A program made the translations under genes and the position numbers. Positions 30,262-42,424 of a stretch of 64,000 bases of DNA are shown here, one piece after another. The notes beneath the pieces were generated by a model. That model saw nothing but the letters and a program-made list of their open reading frames with translations. It was not told the DNA's origin and did no database searches. Numbering within the stretch: the first letter of the stretch is position 1; every line of letters starts with the position of its first letter. The DNA is from an uncultured Gemmatimonadales bacterium (GTDB taxonomy: Bacteria; Gemmatimonadota; Gemmatimonadetes; Gemmatimonadales; GWC2-71-9): contig CAWHFW010000002.1 in assembly GCA_963828735.1 (NCBI GenBank), forward strand, positions 384,001 to 448,000. The letters are read 5' to 3'.

Positions 30262-31839
30262 ATGATGAGATCCTTTCCACGCGCCCGCTGGGCCGCGCTC
30301 GCCTCGATCCTGATCCTCACCTTCCTGAGTGGCGGATGGCTCCTCCGGCCAAGCCCCTCGGCCGAGGGCGGCGTGTACGAGCAGGCCCGCCTCTTCGAAG
30401 GCGTCGTGGGCGCGATCAACCGCCACTACATCGACTCCCTGGGCGAAGGCGATCTCTATCAGAGGGCGGCCGACGCACTGGTGGGCTCCCTCCATGATCC
30501 CTACGCCGAACTGCTGATCAAGGACTCCTATCGGGAGTATCAGCGGCAAATGGCGGGTACCGAGATCGATCTGGAGCGTGGGCCGGCGGAATCGGGTTGG
30601 GAAGGGCGCTCGGGCGGAAACCTCATCGCCCCGGGCGATGAGGTGCTCAGCATCGACGGCGAAAGCACCAAGGGGTGGTCCACCGAACGTATCGAGGAGG
30701 CGATCCGGAAGGTCATGGGTCCGACCGTCACGGTCGTCGTGCGCCCGCGGGGCGGGATGGACCCGGTGATCCGGCGCTTCACCCGCACCGAGGTACACAT
30801 CTCGGCCGCATCTCGCGGGGTCATGCTCGACGGCACGGTGGGCTATGTCGTGCTCCGTCGGATGAGTCAGGGCTCGGCGGATGAGCTTCGGGCAGCCGTG
30901 GACACCCTGGTCCAGCAGGGGATGACCTCGCTGGTCCTCGATCTTCGCTCCAATCCCGGTGGACTGATCCGTGAGGGCGTCGCGGTTGCGGGGCTGTTCC
31001 TCGAAGCAGGTGACACGGTGGCCACTTCGGTCGGCCGGTCCTGGAACCGCCCCAAGGCGTACCTCGCCGTCAATCCCGGTGGATGGGATAACCTCCGCCT
31101 CGCCGTACTCGTGAACCGCGGCACGGCCAGCTCGGCCGAACTCGTGGCGGGCGCGTTGCAGGACCACGACCGCGCGGTGCTCGTCGGAACGCCGAGCTAT
31201 GGCAAAGGCGTGCTGCAGACGACCTATCCGATCGGCGACGAAATCGCGATCAAGCTGACCACGGCGCGGTGGTTCACGCCGAGCGGCCGGACTGTCCAGC
31301 GGCCCCGTCCGGACAGCGCCGGTGGCCCCGGCAACCGCTTGCCGAGTACTCGGCCCAACGTGTTCTACAGTAGCGGCGGGCGAGTGGTGCCGGACGCGAG
31401 CGGCATTCTTCCCGATCTCCTCGTGCGCTCGATGCCGCGCTCCGACGGCGAACGGCTCCTGGCCGCCCGTCTCGGCGAGGACATGAACCGCTTCCGCGAC
31501 GTGGTAGCGGGGTACGCTGCCGAGGTGCGGGCCCAGCAGGTGAGCCAGGCCGACGCGCTGGCGATCACGCCCGAGCGGCGTGACTCACTCTTCGCCCGCC
31601 TCGAGGAAGCCGACGTGCACCTCGACCGGGAGACCTACGATCTCGCCTCGACGTATATCGAGGATCAGCTCGGCAACGAGTTGACGCGGGCCTTCTTCGG
31701 GAGCGAGTCGGTGCTCCGTCGTAAGGCCAAGAACGACCGGCAGCTGCAGGCGGCGCTCCAGGTGCTTCGCAGCGCGCCGACCCAGGATGACGTGCTCACG
31801 GCAGCGATGCACGCGCAACTGAGCGGGAGAGTGCGCTAG
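30262..31839 (+). CDS. Second S41 carboxyl-terminal protease (ctpA paralogue)
   Basis: FLSGGWLL, VYEQARLF, DLRSNPGG, TASSAE, SYGKG, KLTTARW shared with 733-2379. Confidence 0.88.
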   Translation: MMRSFPRARWAALASILILTFLSGGWLLRPSPSAEGGVYEQARLFEGVVGAINRHYIDSLGEGDLYQRAADALVGSLHDPYAELLIKDSYREYQRQMAGTEIDLERGPAESGWEGRSGGNLIAPGDEVLSIDGESTKGWSTERIEEAIRKVMGPTVTVVVRPRGGMDPVIRRFTRTEVHISAASRGVMLDGTVGYVVLRRMSQGSADELRAAVDTLVQQGMTSLVLDLRSNPGGLIREGVAVAGLFLEAGDTVATSVGRSWNRPKAYLAVNPGGWDNLRLAVLVNRGTASSAELVAGALQDHDRAVLVGTPSYGKGVLQTTYPIGDEIAIKLTTARWFTPSGRTVQRPRPDSAGGPGNRLPSTRPNVFYSSGGRVVPDASGILPDLLVRSMPRSDGERLLAARLGEDMNRFRDVVAGYAAEVRAQQVSQADALAITPERRDSLFARLEEADVHLDRETYDLASTYIEDQLGNELTRAFFGSESVLRRKAKNDRQLQAALQVLRSAPTQDDVLTAAMHAQLSGRVR

Positions 31840-32086
31840 GCGCCCACAAGGCCGCCGTAGACGGGACTCTCATTGCGAGTGTCGCGAGGGATCGTTCCGG
31901 TCGGCGTCCGAGCCCGGCCGGGGAGATCCCTCGGTTCGTTGGGGATGAGAACATCAAATGCGATCATGCGCCGGTCCGATGGCTCCCCTCAGTAAGCGGG
32001 CAGCGAATTCTCCCATGATCGCAGCCGGAATGCGCTGAGATCTCACAACAACCACCTGCGTTCGCCCGTCGTCCGGCCGCCTTCCC

Positions 32087-35000
32087 TCACCCGGCCATCC
32101 TCACCAGCACCCGAGTCCCCCGCCCCACCTCGGTATCCACCTCGATCCTGCCGCCCCACCCTTCGACCAGCCGACGCACGATCGCCAGGCCGAGACCGGA
32201 TCCGCTGGTCGTCGTGGAGAAGCGAGGCTCGAAGATCCGGGGAAGCAGGTCCGAGGGAATGCCGGTGCCGTCATCGGCGACCTCGATCCGGTCCGGTCCC
32301 ACGGTCACATCCACCACCCGGGCCCCCGCATTGCGCGCGTTCTCCAGCAGGTTGACGACGACCTCCTTCACCTCGTCGGGGCGGGCCGCGCCGAATGCCC
32401 CTGGCTGGCAGGTAAGCGTCACCGTGCAGCCCTCCTCCGCCAGCCGGTACAACTGGATCACCTCGCCGACCACGACACCGAGATCGATGCGGTCCAGCGG
32501 CTGGGCCACATCGGCGGGGGCCGCGAAACGGCTGAAGGCGCGTGCGATCGTGTCGAGCCGATCGATTTCCGCGAGCATCCGGCCGGCGGTGTCTTCGAGC
32601 GTGCGATCGAAGTCCGGGCGCCGATCCCGGTACACCCGCCTGAGGTGCTGCATGCCGAGACGCATCGGGGTGAGCGGGTTCTTGATCTCGTGCGCCACTT
32701 GTCGCGCCATCTCGCCCCAGGCCAGCACGCGCTCGGCACGGGACACGTCGGTGACGTCGTTGAGCGCGATGACGACGCCGCGCACCTCGGGCCCAAGCGA
32801 CGCCAGCCGGAAGGAGATCCGGCGGCCTGCTGCCTCGAGCTCGGCCGCGTCCGGGGCCTCCGGGTCGTCGAGAAAGCGGCGGACCGCCGTCGTGAACCCG
32901 CTCCACTCGGGTCCCAACCGATCGAGCAGGGGCGCTCCTTCCTCGAGCTCGGTTCCCACCAGCTCGACGGCCTGCCGATTGGCGATCAGCACGCGGCCGG
33001 CCGGATCCACACCCACGACGCCGGTGGTCACCGTCGCGAGCACGGCGGAGGTTCGCCGTCGGGCCTCCTCTAGCGCGTGTTGGCTGCTGCGGATGTCGGC
33101 CACCATCCGCTCGAAGGCCCCGAAGACGGGCTCGAACTCGAGAGGCTGCGGCTCGGCGTGGGGCGGCATGGCCTGACCGCGTCCGAGCGCGAGCGCGCTG
33201 CGCCGGAGATCGGCGACTGGCCGCGAGAGCGCCCGCGAGGCCCGGCCCGCGCCAGCCAGGGCCGCGCCGACGCCGGCCAAGGTCGACAGCAGCAGGACCA
33301 ACGCCAGGTCGAGCTGCCGAACGCCGAGCGAGGCATCGCTGGCGAGTTGCGGCGTCGCGAGCACGCCGATGTCGGTCGGTCCCCCCGGCTGAATCACGCG
33401 GTACCCGATACGCTCGGCGAGGGCCGGAATCGAGCCGTCGCGGGTCACCTCGAGGTCGCCACCGAGTGCCAACGCCGCGTAGGCGTCAGGATCCATCAGT
33501 TGCGGCATGACGCCGAGGTCCTCGAGCACCTGCGTGCTCGTGCCGGCGAGGCGACCACCCAGGTACAGGGCGAGATCGGCGTCGATCCGTCGGCTCAGCT
33601 CGCGCAACCGCTCGTCCGGCTCGGGACTGCCGCCACGAACCAGGCCGCCGGCGGTCAGCACCGCGTCCCTGAGGGTCTGCGTGATCAGGAGGTCCCGGCT
33701 CCGCTCGACCTCCTTGGCGAGCCGGGCGAAGCTCCACGCGGCGAATCCGAGGGTGGGAAAGATGAAGAAGGCGGCGAGGGTCACCGCGAGCCGGATGCGG
33801 AACGACCGCGCGAGGCTCCGCCAGCGCGGAGGACGGAAGCGAAGCCCCGACACCAGCTCCGCCGCGAGCCAGAGCACCCCAAGCACGCCCGCGTCGAGCA
33901 GCACGACGAGCACGCCCCGTACGAACAGCGGAACCGGACCACGCAAGTCGATCGCCGCGTGAACCGTACGCCGCCCGCCCGGCAGGTCGAGCGGATACGC
34001 GTTTCGGAGCGACCAACCCTCGCGATGCCATCGGGGTCTCGGCGTCGGCGCGGAGGGATCGGCCGGCGGGCTCAAGGTCAGGCGGTAGAGCGGCGCCTGC
34101 TGGCTGCCTGGGTCGAGCAGTCGCCCCACACGGCCCGGCTGGACCAGGGCGGAGCGCGGGCCGATCGCGGCCGTCATGACTTCGTCGCGGGGGAAGCGCA
34201 CCAGAAGGATGTAGTGAACGCCCGGTACCCGCAGAACCTGCGTGACGTGAAGCGAGTCTCTCGGCGCGAGATCCCGCACCATCGTGGACAGTAGCGACGG
34301 CGGCAGGTCGAGCGAGTCGAGGACGAGCTCGTCCACGAGCGCGCCCCCGGCTGACCAGAGTGCCAGATGGGCCGGATATCCCTGCGATCCGAGCGACGAG
34401 CCGCGCCAGAGGGCATACATCGCCGACGCGGTCTCGGGCGTCTCGCTCCGACGGAGCGACTCGCCGAACCGCTCGAGCAACGGCACCGCGAGCGGATCGG
34501 GCTCGTTCCCCAGGCGCGCCACGTCGCGCTGGGCGACCTGAACCCGGCCAGCCAGCTCGGCGCCCCACGTCACGAGCGCCGCGGAGCTTCCGGCCACGAG
34601 CGCGATACCCGTGATCGTAGCCCACCGCGGGCCGCGGAGCGTGACCAACAGCAGAGCCGGCGTCCAGAGGAACGTGTACCAGTCCGGCCACCCGCCGCGC
34701 GGACTCCACACCAGGACGCCCACCACGGACGCGGCCAACGCGATCGCTACGCCCACGGCGATGTGGCGCCAGCCCCGGGGCTCCGCCGAGGAGCCGCGGA
34801 ACAGTGCGGCGGTCGGAACGATCAGGGCCGCGGCGGAGACCATCAGCGCGAGCTGCCAGCTCAGCCAGAGGCCGATCGGCACGCCATCCGCCGGCGGTGT
34901 GATGCCGCGGCCGAGGTTGCTGACGAGGTAAGGGGACGCGAGCAGGAGCGCGCTCCCGAGCGCCACTCCGTACCATCGTCGTGGAAGCCGCTGGCCCCAG

Positions 35001-36046
35001 AGCCAGACGCCGCCGATCGTGAGCAGGATGCCCGCGAGCGCGAGCACGCCGGCGGATCCAGACAGCGGACCGAGCAGCGGCCGGAAGAAGGTGGCAGGCG
35101 AGAACAGCGGTTGGAGTCCGAGCGCGGGGCCGACCGGCGCGCGCACCGGCAGCCACACGAGGGCCGCCAGAAGGGCGATCCGCCCGGGAGGGCTGTCCGC
35201 CACGCTGAGGCCGAGGGCGAGCGTCAGCAGGACCAACCAGGTGGCCAGCCGGCTTCCGCGCTCGTAGGCGAGCTGTTTGGCCGTCCCCTGCTCCGGCGGG
35301 ACCGGCCGCACGCTGAAGAGCAGCCGTGGGCCGGCGGTCGTGGGCTCTTCGTAGTCGAACACGTCGGCACTGTCGGGGGCGGTGTTCGGTGGGTAGACCA
35401 TGAGGCCGACCTCCGTCCGCTCGCGAAACAGCTCGGCAAGGCTCCGGCTTCGGTCCGGGACCGCCGGATGCGCCCAGATGAGCACCGCCGCCACGGCGAC
35501 CCGGCCGTCGTCGGTGTGGCGTCGGGCCTCGAGCACCACGTAATATCCAGTCGCTCGCGAGGCGATCGAATCGCCCTGCGCCACCGGCGGCAGCCGGTGG
35601 CGACCCGACCACGCCCAGGGGAGGCCATTGGCGTCGAGAATGACGACGCTCATCTCGGGGCCACTGGCGGGAATGAGACGATCCAGCACCGCGAACGCGC
35701 CCGAGCGATCGTCGCCGGGTGTCGCCGCCGCCGCCGCGGCCAGCCGCTCGGCGCGATGGAAGGCGGCATGGAGATCGCCCGCGAGCCGCTGGGACGCGGC
35801 CGTGACGCGATCCTTGCGCTGCGTGGGCCACTCGCGCTCGATGGCCGTGAGGCGAGACTGCGCGATAACCAGGGCGGCGACCAGCCACGCGAGCGCGGCC
35901 ACCAGCCCACGCCGCCGCCAGCCCGCGAGGGGGCGCAGGAGCGGAAGCAGCGCCGCAAGCGCCGCTCCGGCCGCAATCACCCAGACCCAGCCGGGCCGAC
36001 GCAACCATTCCGCCGCCGACACGCCGGCGGCCAGCACCACCACCAC
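32087..36046 (-). CDS. Large multi-TM sensor histidine kinase (NtrY-like; HAMP/PAS/HisKA/HATPase)
   Basis: MARQVAHEIKNPLTP H-box, NLLENA, DDGTGI, GSGLGL; start uncertain (GTG 36046 or TTG 36070). Confidence 0.85.
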   Translation of the reverse strand: MVVVLAAGVSAAEWLRRPGWVWVIAAGAALAALLPLLRPLAGWRRRGLVAALAWLVAALVIAQSRLTAIEREWPTQRKDRVTAASQRLAGDLHAAFHRAERLAAAAAATPGDDRSGAFAVLDRLIPASGPEMSVVILDANGLPWAWSGRHRLPPVAQGDSIASRATGYYVVLEARRHTDDGRVAVAAVLIWAHPAVPDRSRSLAELFRERTEVGLMVYPPNTAPDSADVFDYEEPTTAGPRLLFSVRPVPPEQGTAKQLAYERGSRLATWLVLLTLALGLSVADSPPGRIALLAALVWLPVRAPVGPALGLQPLFSPATFFRPLLGPLSGSAGVLALAGILLTIGGVWLWGQRLPRRWYGVALGSALLLASPYLVSNLGRGITPPADGVPIGLWLSWQLALMVSAAALIVPTAALFRGSSAEPRGWRHIAVGVAIALAASVVGVLVWSPRGGWPDWYTFLWTPALLLVTLRGPRWATITGIALVAGSSAALVTWGAELAGRVQVAQRDVARLGNEPDPLAVPLLERFGESLRRSETPETASAMYALWRGSSLGSQGYPAHLALWSAGGALVDELVLDSLDLPPSLLSTMVRDLAPRDSLHVTQVLRVPGVHYILLVRFPRDEVMTAAIGPRSALVQPGRVGRLLDPGSQQAPLYRLTLSPPADPSAPTPRPRWHREGWSLRNAYPLDLPGGRRTVHAAIDLRGPVPLFVRGVLVVLLDAGVLGVLWLAAELVSGLRFRPPRWRSLARSFRIRLAVTLAAFFIFPTLGFAAWSFARLAKEVERSRDLLITQTLRDAVLTAGGLVRGGSPEPDERLRELSRRIDADLALYLGGRLAGTSTQVLEDLGVMPQLMDPDAYAALALGGDLEVTRDGSIPALAERIGYRVIQPGGPTDIGVLATPQLASDASLGVRQLDLALVLLLSTLAGVGAALAGAGRASRALSRPVADLRRSALALGRGQAMPPHAEPQPLEFEPVFGAFERMVADIRSSQHALEEARRRTSAVLATVTTGVVGVDPAGRVLIANRQAVELVGTELEEGAPLLDRLGPEWSGFTTAVRRFLDDPEAPDAAELEAAGRRISFRLASLGPEVRGVVIALNDVTDVSRAERVLAWGEMARQVAHEIKNPLTPMRLGMQHLRRVYRDRRPDFDRTLEDTAGRMLAEIDRLDTIARAFSRFAAPADVAQPLDRIDLGVVVGEVIQLYRLAEEGCTVTLTCQPGAFGAARPDEVKEVVVNLLENARNAGARVVDVTVGPDRIEVADDGTGIPSDLLPRIFEPRFSTTTSGSGLGLAIVRRLVEGWGGRIEVDTEVGRGTRVLVRMAG

Positions 36047-36061
36047 CCACCACGACCCCCG

Positions 36062-36775
36062 ATGACTCAATCCGGACAGCCCTGGCGCATAAAAGAGATG
36101 ACCCCCGGCGCGGTGCGTGAACGGCTGCAGGAGCGGCCCGGCCTGGTCGTGCCCGTGGGCACCACCGAGCAGCACGGCCCGCATCTGCCGCTGGGTTGCG
36201 ATACCATCATCGTGGAGCGCCTCGCCGATGATCTGTCGGCGGAGTTCGGGATCCTGCGAGCGCCGACGGTGGCGTACGGCGTCCACGCGCCGACCCATGC
36301 GTTCCCTGGCGGCGCCTCACTTCGGCGGCGCACGCTGCATCGGGTCATGAACGAACTTATCGAGTCCTGGGAGGAGGGGGCAGGCGTCCGGGAGTTCGTC
36401 ATCCTCACCGCGCAGGCCAGCGAGGCTCACCTCGAAGCACTCAGCACGATTCGCACGGACGAGGCCACGGTCCAGGTCATCGATGTCTTCAGCCTGGATT
36501 TCGGACCGCTGCTCGAGCGGCCCGGCTCTCCGATTCAAGGCGGCGAGCTCGACACCTCACTGCTGCTCTACCTCGCACCCGAGACGGTCCGGATGGAGCT
36601 GGCGCAGGACTTCGCGGTCACCCCGAATATGGTCAACCGCTTCCGGCCGGGGCATAGTCGCCGGCTGCCACAGGGTTCTCCCGGCTCGGTCGGATTTCCC
36701 AGCCTTGCCTCCGCCCAAAAAGGGGAGCTGCTGTATAGATTCATCGTCGATCGGATCAGGAGTTGTCTGACGTAG
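36062..36775 (+). CDS. Creatininase-family protein
   Basis: VPVGTTEQHGPHLPLGCD, DTSLLL, ASAQKG. Confidence 0.82.
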   Translation: MTQSGQPWRIKEMTPGAVRERLQERPGLVVPVGTTEQHGPHLPLGCDTIIVERLADDLSAEFGILRAPTVAYGVHAPTHAFPGGASLRRRTLHRVMNELIESWEEGAGVREFVILTAQASEAHLEALSTIRTDEATVQVIDVFSLDFGPLLERPGSPIQGGELDTSLLLYLAPETVRMELAQDFAVTPNMVNRFRPGHSRRLPQGSPGSVGFPSLASAQKGELLYRFIVDRIRSCLT

Positions 36776-36913
36776 GACGGTCGGAGGTCGGGCGGCCGGC
36801 CGAATGGCCGCCCGAGTCTCGTGGCGCCAGGCCCGGGCCAGGCCGACACGCGAACTGCTGACCGTTCGACCGCCCGGCCGCCCCTCCGGGCGTCCGTCCC
36901 GAAGGAGCTTCCC

Positions 36914-37558
36914 ATGCGGACCGCAGCGCTGCTGTTGATGCTGCTGCCTGCCCTGTCGGCGGCTCAGGAGCCGCTCGAGACCAAGCTGGTGGTCTCGCAG
37001 GGGGGACAGGAGATCGGCCGGGAGGAGTTCACCCTTCGGTCGACTCGCGGGCGCGGCCTGCCTGGCAGCACGATCATCGCCGCCGCCCGGTATCCAGCCA
37101 CCGGTCCCACGACGCGTCTGGCCGCCACGCTCGAACGCACCCCGGACAGCGCGCTGGCCAAATTCCAGCTGGACGTCGAGAGCGCAGGCGCCGTGACCGT
37201 CATCCTGGCCGCTGGCTCTGGCGCGCGGTTGATCGTGCGCACGGTGGCCAAGGGGTCGGAATCGGGCCGGGAGCTGCCGGGCGGACCCGACGTCGTTCTG
37301 CTCGATGATTCGGTCTACTCGCTCTATCATCCGGTGGCGGAGCTCGCCACGCCGGCGGGACGGACGCTGACGGCCATTTTCCCTCGGTCGGGGAGGCGGG
37401 CAACGTTCACGGCCCGACGGGATTCCGGGGTGGCCGGCGGAGCGAGCCATGTAACCTTGACCGGCGACATCGCTGGCACGCTGGTGACGGACCACGGCGG
37501 CCGCCTCGAGCGGCTGGAGTTTCCGTCGAAGGTGACGGTCGTGACGCGGCAAGAGTAG
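36914..37558 (+). CDS. Hypothetical secreted beta-rich protein
   Basis: AAGGAG RBS; signal peptide. Confidence 0.65.
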   Translation: MRTAALLLMLLPALSAAQEPLETKLVVSQGGQEIGREEFTLRSTRGRGLPGSTIIAAARYPATGPTTRLAATLERTPDSALAKFQLDVESAGAVTVILAAGSGARLIVRTVAKGSESGRELPGGPDVVLLDDSVYSLYHPVAELATPAGRTLTAIFPRSGRRATFTARRDSGVAGGASHVTLTGDIAGTLVTDHGGRLERLEFPSKVTVVTRQE

Positions 37559-37678
37559 CAACCCTCCTCAAGTCGTTACCACGCATCGTAGAAGCTTGCG
37601 TCGTCGCAACCTGAAACCTCCGCGGCGAGGGTCGCGTATAGGGCCCGGCCACATCCACATCCCTTGAGGGTTTCGTCC

Positions 37679-39199
37679 ATGAATCGCTGGTTCGGCTACC
37701 TCGCGCTGATCGCGCTGTTTCCCGGCTTGGCGGCGGCACAGGACTCGACGGCGGTGGCCCGTCCCGCGCCGGCCGTGACGCTCTCGCTCCAGGAAGCGCT
37801 CGACCAGGCCCGGGCCAACAGTCCGACCTATCGGCAGACGCTCAACGACGCGAACCCGGCCAGATGGGGAGTGAAAAACGCCTACGGCAGCCTGCTGCCC
37901 TCGGTGAGCGTCGGCTCGGATGTCGGCTATACCGGCAGCGGCCAGTCCAGCATCGGCGGCGGGCTGGTCCTGCCCACGTCCGCCTTCTACACGTCCGGGT
38001 ACGACGTGAGCCTTCAATGGCAGCTGAATGGACGGACGATCACCGCCCCGGCGGAGCAGAAGGCGCTTCAGCACGCCACCGACGAGGACATCAGCGGGGC
38101 CGGCATCACGCTGCGGTCGGAGATCACCACGCAGTATCTCACTACCCTTCAGGCGACCGCCCAGGTCGCAGTCGCCAGGCAGCAGGTCACGCGGAACGTC
38201 GACTTCCTGACGCTCGCCAAGGCGCGGTACCAGGTGGGGCAGGCGACGCTGCTCGATGTCCGCCAGGCCGAGGTGACCAAGGGACAGAGTGACGTCGCCC
38301 TCCTCCGAGCGGTCCAGGCCGAGAACGAGGCCAAGCTCGACCTGCTGCGACGCATGGGCGTCGAGCCGCCGGTCGAGGTGGACCGGATCGCCCTCACCGA
38401 CTCGTTTCCCGTCACGGCCCCGACCTACCAGCTCGACTCGCTGCTCAAGCTCGCGGAGGAGCAGAATCCGTCGATCCGCTCGCTCCATGCGCGGACGACC
38501 GCAGCCTCGCTGGGCGTCCGCTCGGCGAAGAGCGAGTTCCTTCCGACCCTGTCCGCCCGGGCCGGCTGGAGCGGGTTCACGCAGCAGTACACCGACGAGA
38601 ACTTCCTCGTGAACCAGTCCCTCGGCCAGGCGCAGTCGCAGGCGGCGGGCTGCCAATCGGACAACGAGGTACGCGCCGCGGTCGGCCTGCCCACCTCGGA
38701 CTGCTTCGCCGCCGCGGGGCTCACGCCGGACGGCAGCACGCTGCAGGATCCGATCCTGCAGACGATCGAGAACGGCAACAACGCGTTTCCCTTCAGGTAC
38801 TCGAGGCAGCCGTTCCAGGCGAGCTTCCGCATCTCGCTGCCCATCTTCACGGGCTTCGGCCGCTCCCTCCAGCTCGCTCAGGCTCGGGCCCAGGAACAGG
38901 ACGCCGACGAGAACGAACGAGCGCGCCGCCTCCAGGTGCGGAGCGACGTGCATGCCCGCTGGCTCGGCCTCCAGACCTCGTACCAGGCCATCGCCGTGCA
39001 GGCGGCGAACCGCGAGGCGGCCCGGGACCAGCTTCGCCTGGCACAGGATCGCTACCGGCTGGGCGCCGGCACCTCGCTCGAAGTCTCGGACGCCCAGAAT
39101 GCCGTCCAGCGCGCCGAGGGCGATTACGTGAACTCGATCTACGATTACCACAAGGCGATCGCGGCGCTCGAGGCCGCGGTCGGTCGTCCCCTTCGCTAA
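37679..39199 (+). CDS. TolC family outer membrane protein
   Basis: Signal peptide; LSLQEAL; two RYxxG...L(D/E)V repeats. Confidence 0.9.
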   Translation: MNRWFGYLALIALFPGLAAAQDSTAVARPAPAVTLSLQEALDQARANSPTYRQTLNDANPARWGVKNAYGSLLPSVSVGSDVGYTGSGQSSIGGGLVLPTSAFYTSGYDVSLQWQLNGRTITAPAEQKALQHATDEDISGAGITLRSEITTQYLTTLQATAQVAVARQQVTRNVDFLTLAKARYQVGQATLLDVRQAEVTKGQSDVALLRAVQAENEAKLDLLRRMGVEPPVEVDRIALTDSFPVTAPTYQLDSLLKLAEEQNPSIRSLHARTTAASLGVRSAKSEFLPTLSARAGWSGFTQQYTDENFLVNQSLGQAQSQAAGCQSDNEVRAAVGLPTSDCFAAAGLTPDGSTLQDPILQTIENGNNAFPFRYSRQPFQASFRISLPIFTGFGRSLQLAQARAQEQDADENERARRLQVRSDVHARWLGLQTSYQAIAVQAANREAARDQLRLAQDRYRLGAGTSLEVSDAQNAVQRAEGDYVNSIYDYHKAIAALEAAVGRPLR

Positions 39200-39211
39200 C
39201 GAGGAACGCAC

Positions 39212-40482
39212 ATGTCGCGCGGGATGAAGGTCGGTCTGATCGTCGTGGGCATCGCGCTGGCCGCAGGCGGCGGCATCGCCTACCAGGTCCAGAAGAAGAA
39301 GCACGCCGGCACCGAGGTCCGTATGGAAAAGGTGGCGCGGCGTGACCTGGTGAGCGCGGTGACCGCGAGCGGAAAGATCGAGGCCAAGACGTCGGTGGAC
39401 ATCAGCGCCGACATCACCGGGCGGATCATCCGACTGGCCGTTCGCGAGGGGGACCTCGTGACCAAGGGCCAGTTCCTGATCCAGATCGACCCGGCCCAGT
39501 ACCAGGCCGCGGTCTCCCGCGCCCAGGGCGCCGTGGCCTCCACCGAGGCGACGCTCATCCAGGCCCGGGCCAACCTGGACCAGGCGGAGCGGGCCTGGAA
39601 CCGTGCGCGGCAGCTCTCGCAGCTCGGTCCCAACCTGATCGCGCCGGAGGCCGCCGAGCAGGCGCGCACGTCGTACGACGTCGCGCAGGCGACCTGGCAG
39701 GCGACCCGCGCGCAGCTCGAGCAGTCACGCGCGAGCCTCCAGGAGGCGCGCGACAACCTGTCCAAGACGCGGCTCACGTCGCCCATCTCGGGGCGGGTGG
39801 TGCGTCTCGCCGTCGAGGAGGGCGAGGTCGCCGTGCCGGGCACGTTCTCGCGGGAGACCGGGTTGCTCATGACCGTTGCGGACCTGTCCGTGATCCTGGC
39901 CAAGGTGCAGGTGGATGAGACCGACGTGGTGCGCCTCGCACCCAACGACTCGGTCCAGGTGAGCATCGACGCGTATCCCGACACGTCCTTCATGGGGCGC
40001 GTGACCCAGATCAGCCACAGCGCCAAGATGACCGAGACGCAGACGGCATCGGGCTCCAACGACCGCGCCGTGGATTTCGACGTGGAGGTGACCCTGGACA
40101 GCCCGCCGCGCGACATCCGGCCCGACTTGAGCTGTACGGCCCGGATGGTGACCGACACGCGGTCCCAGACGCTCAGCATCCCGATCATCGCGCTCACCGT
40201 GAGAGACCACGAGCGCGTGCCGAACGAGAATCCGAACGTGGACACCACGAAGCTCAAACGGCTCGGCAAGGAGGCCGAGGGCGTGTTCGTGGTCCGGGAT
40301 GGTCAGGCGACGTTCCGGCCGGTCAAGGTCGGCATCGCGGGCGACGAGTACTTCGAGGTCGTCGACGGTGTTCGCGAGGGCGAGACGATCGTCGCCGGCA
40401 CCTACCAGGCCATCCGTGACCTCAAGGATGGGGCACGCGTTCGCGAGGCGGATACGACGAAGACCAAGAAGGACGCCGAGAC

Positions 40483-40486
<4 letters not shown>
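39212..40486 (+). CDS. MacA-like periplasmic adaptor subunit
   Basis: N-terminal TM; lipoyl halves ([18 protein letters not shown]); VDETD. Confidence 0.9.

Positions 40487-42420
<1,934 letters not shown>

Positions 42421-42424
<4 letters not shown>

Noticed and set aside
29753..30265. 170-aa ORF upstream of the second ctpA
   Set aside because: No RBS or recognisable motif; may be a remnant but cannot be supported
28954..31167. 737-aa minus-strand ORF and other long antisense ORFs (e.g. the 5' part of 34367-36775, 33486-36053, 40402-42354)
   Set aside because: Shadow ORFs expected at high GC; they overlap well-supported genes and lack motifs
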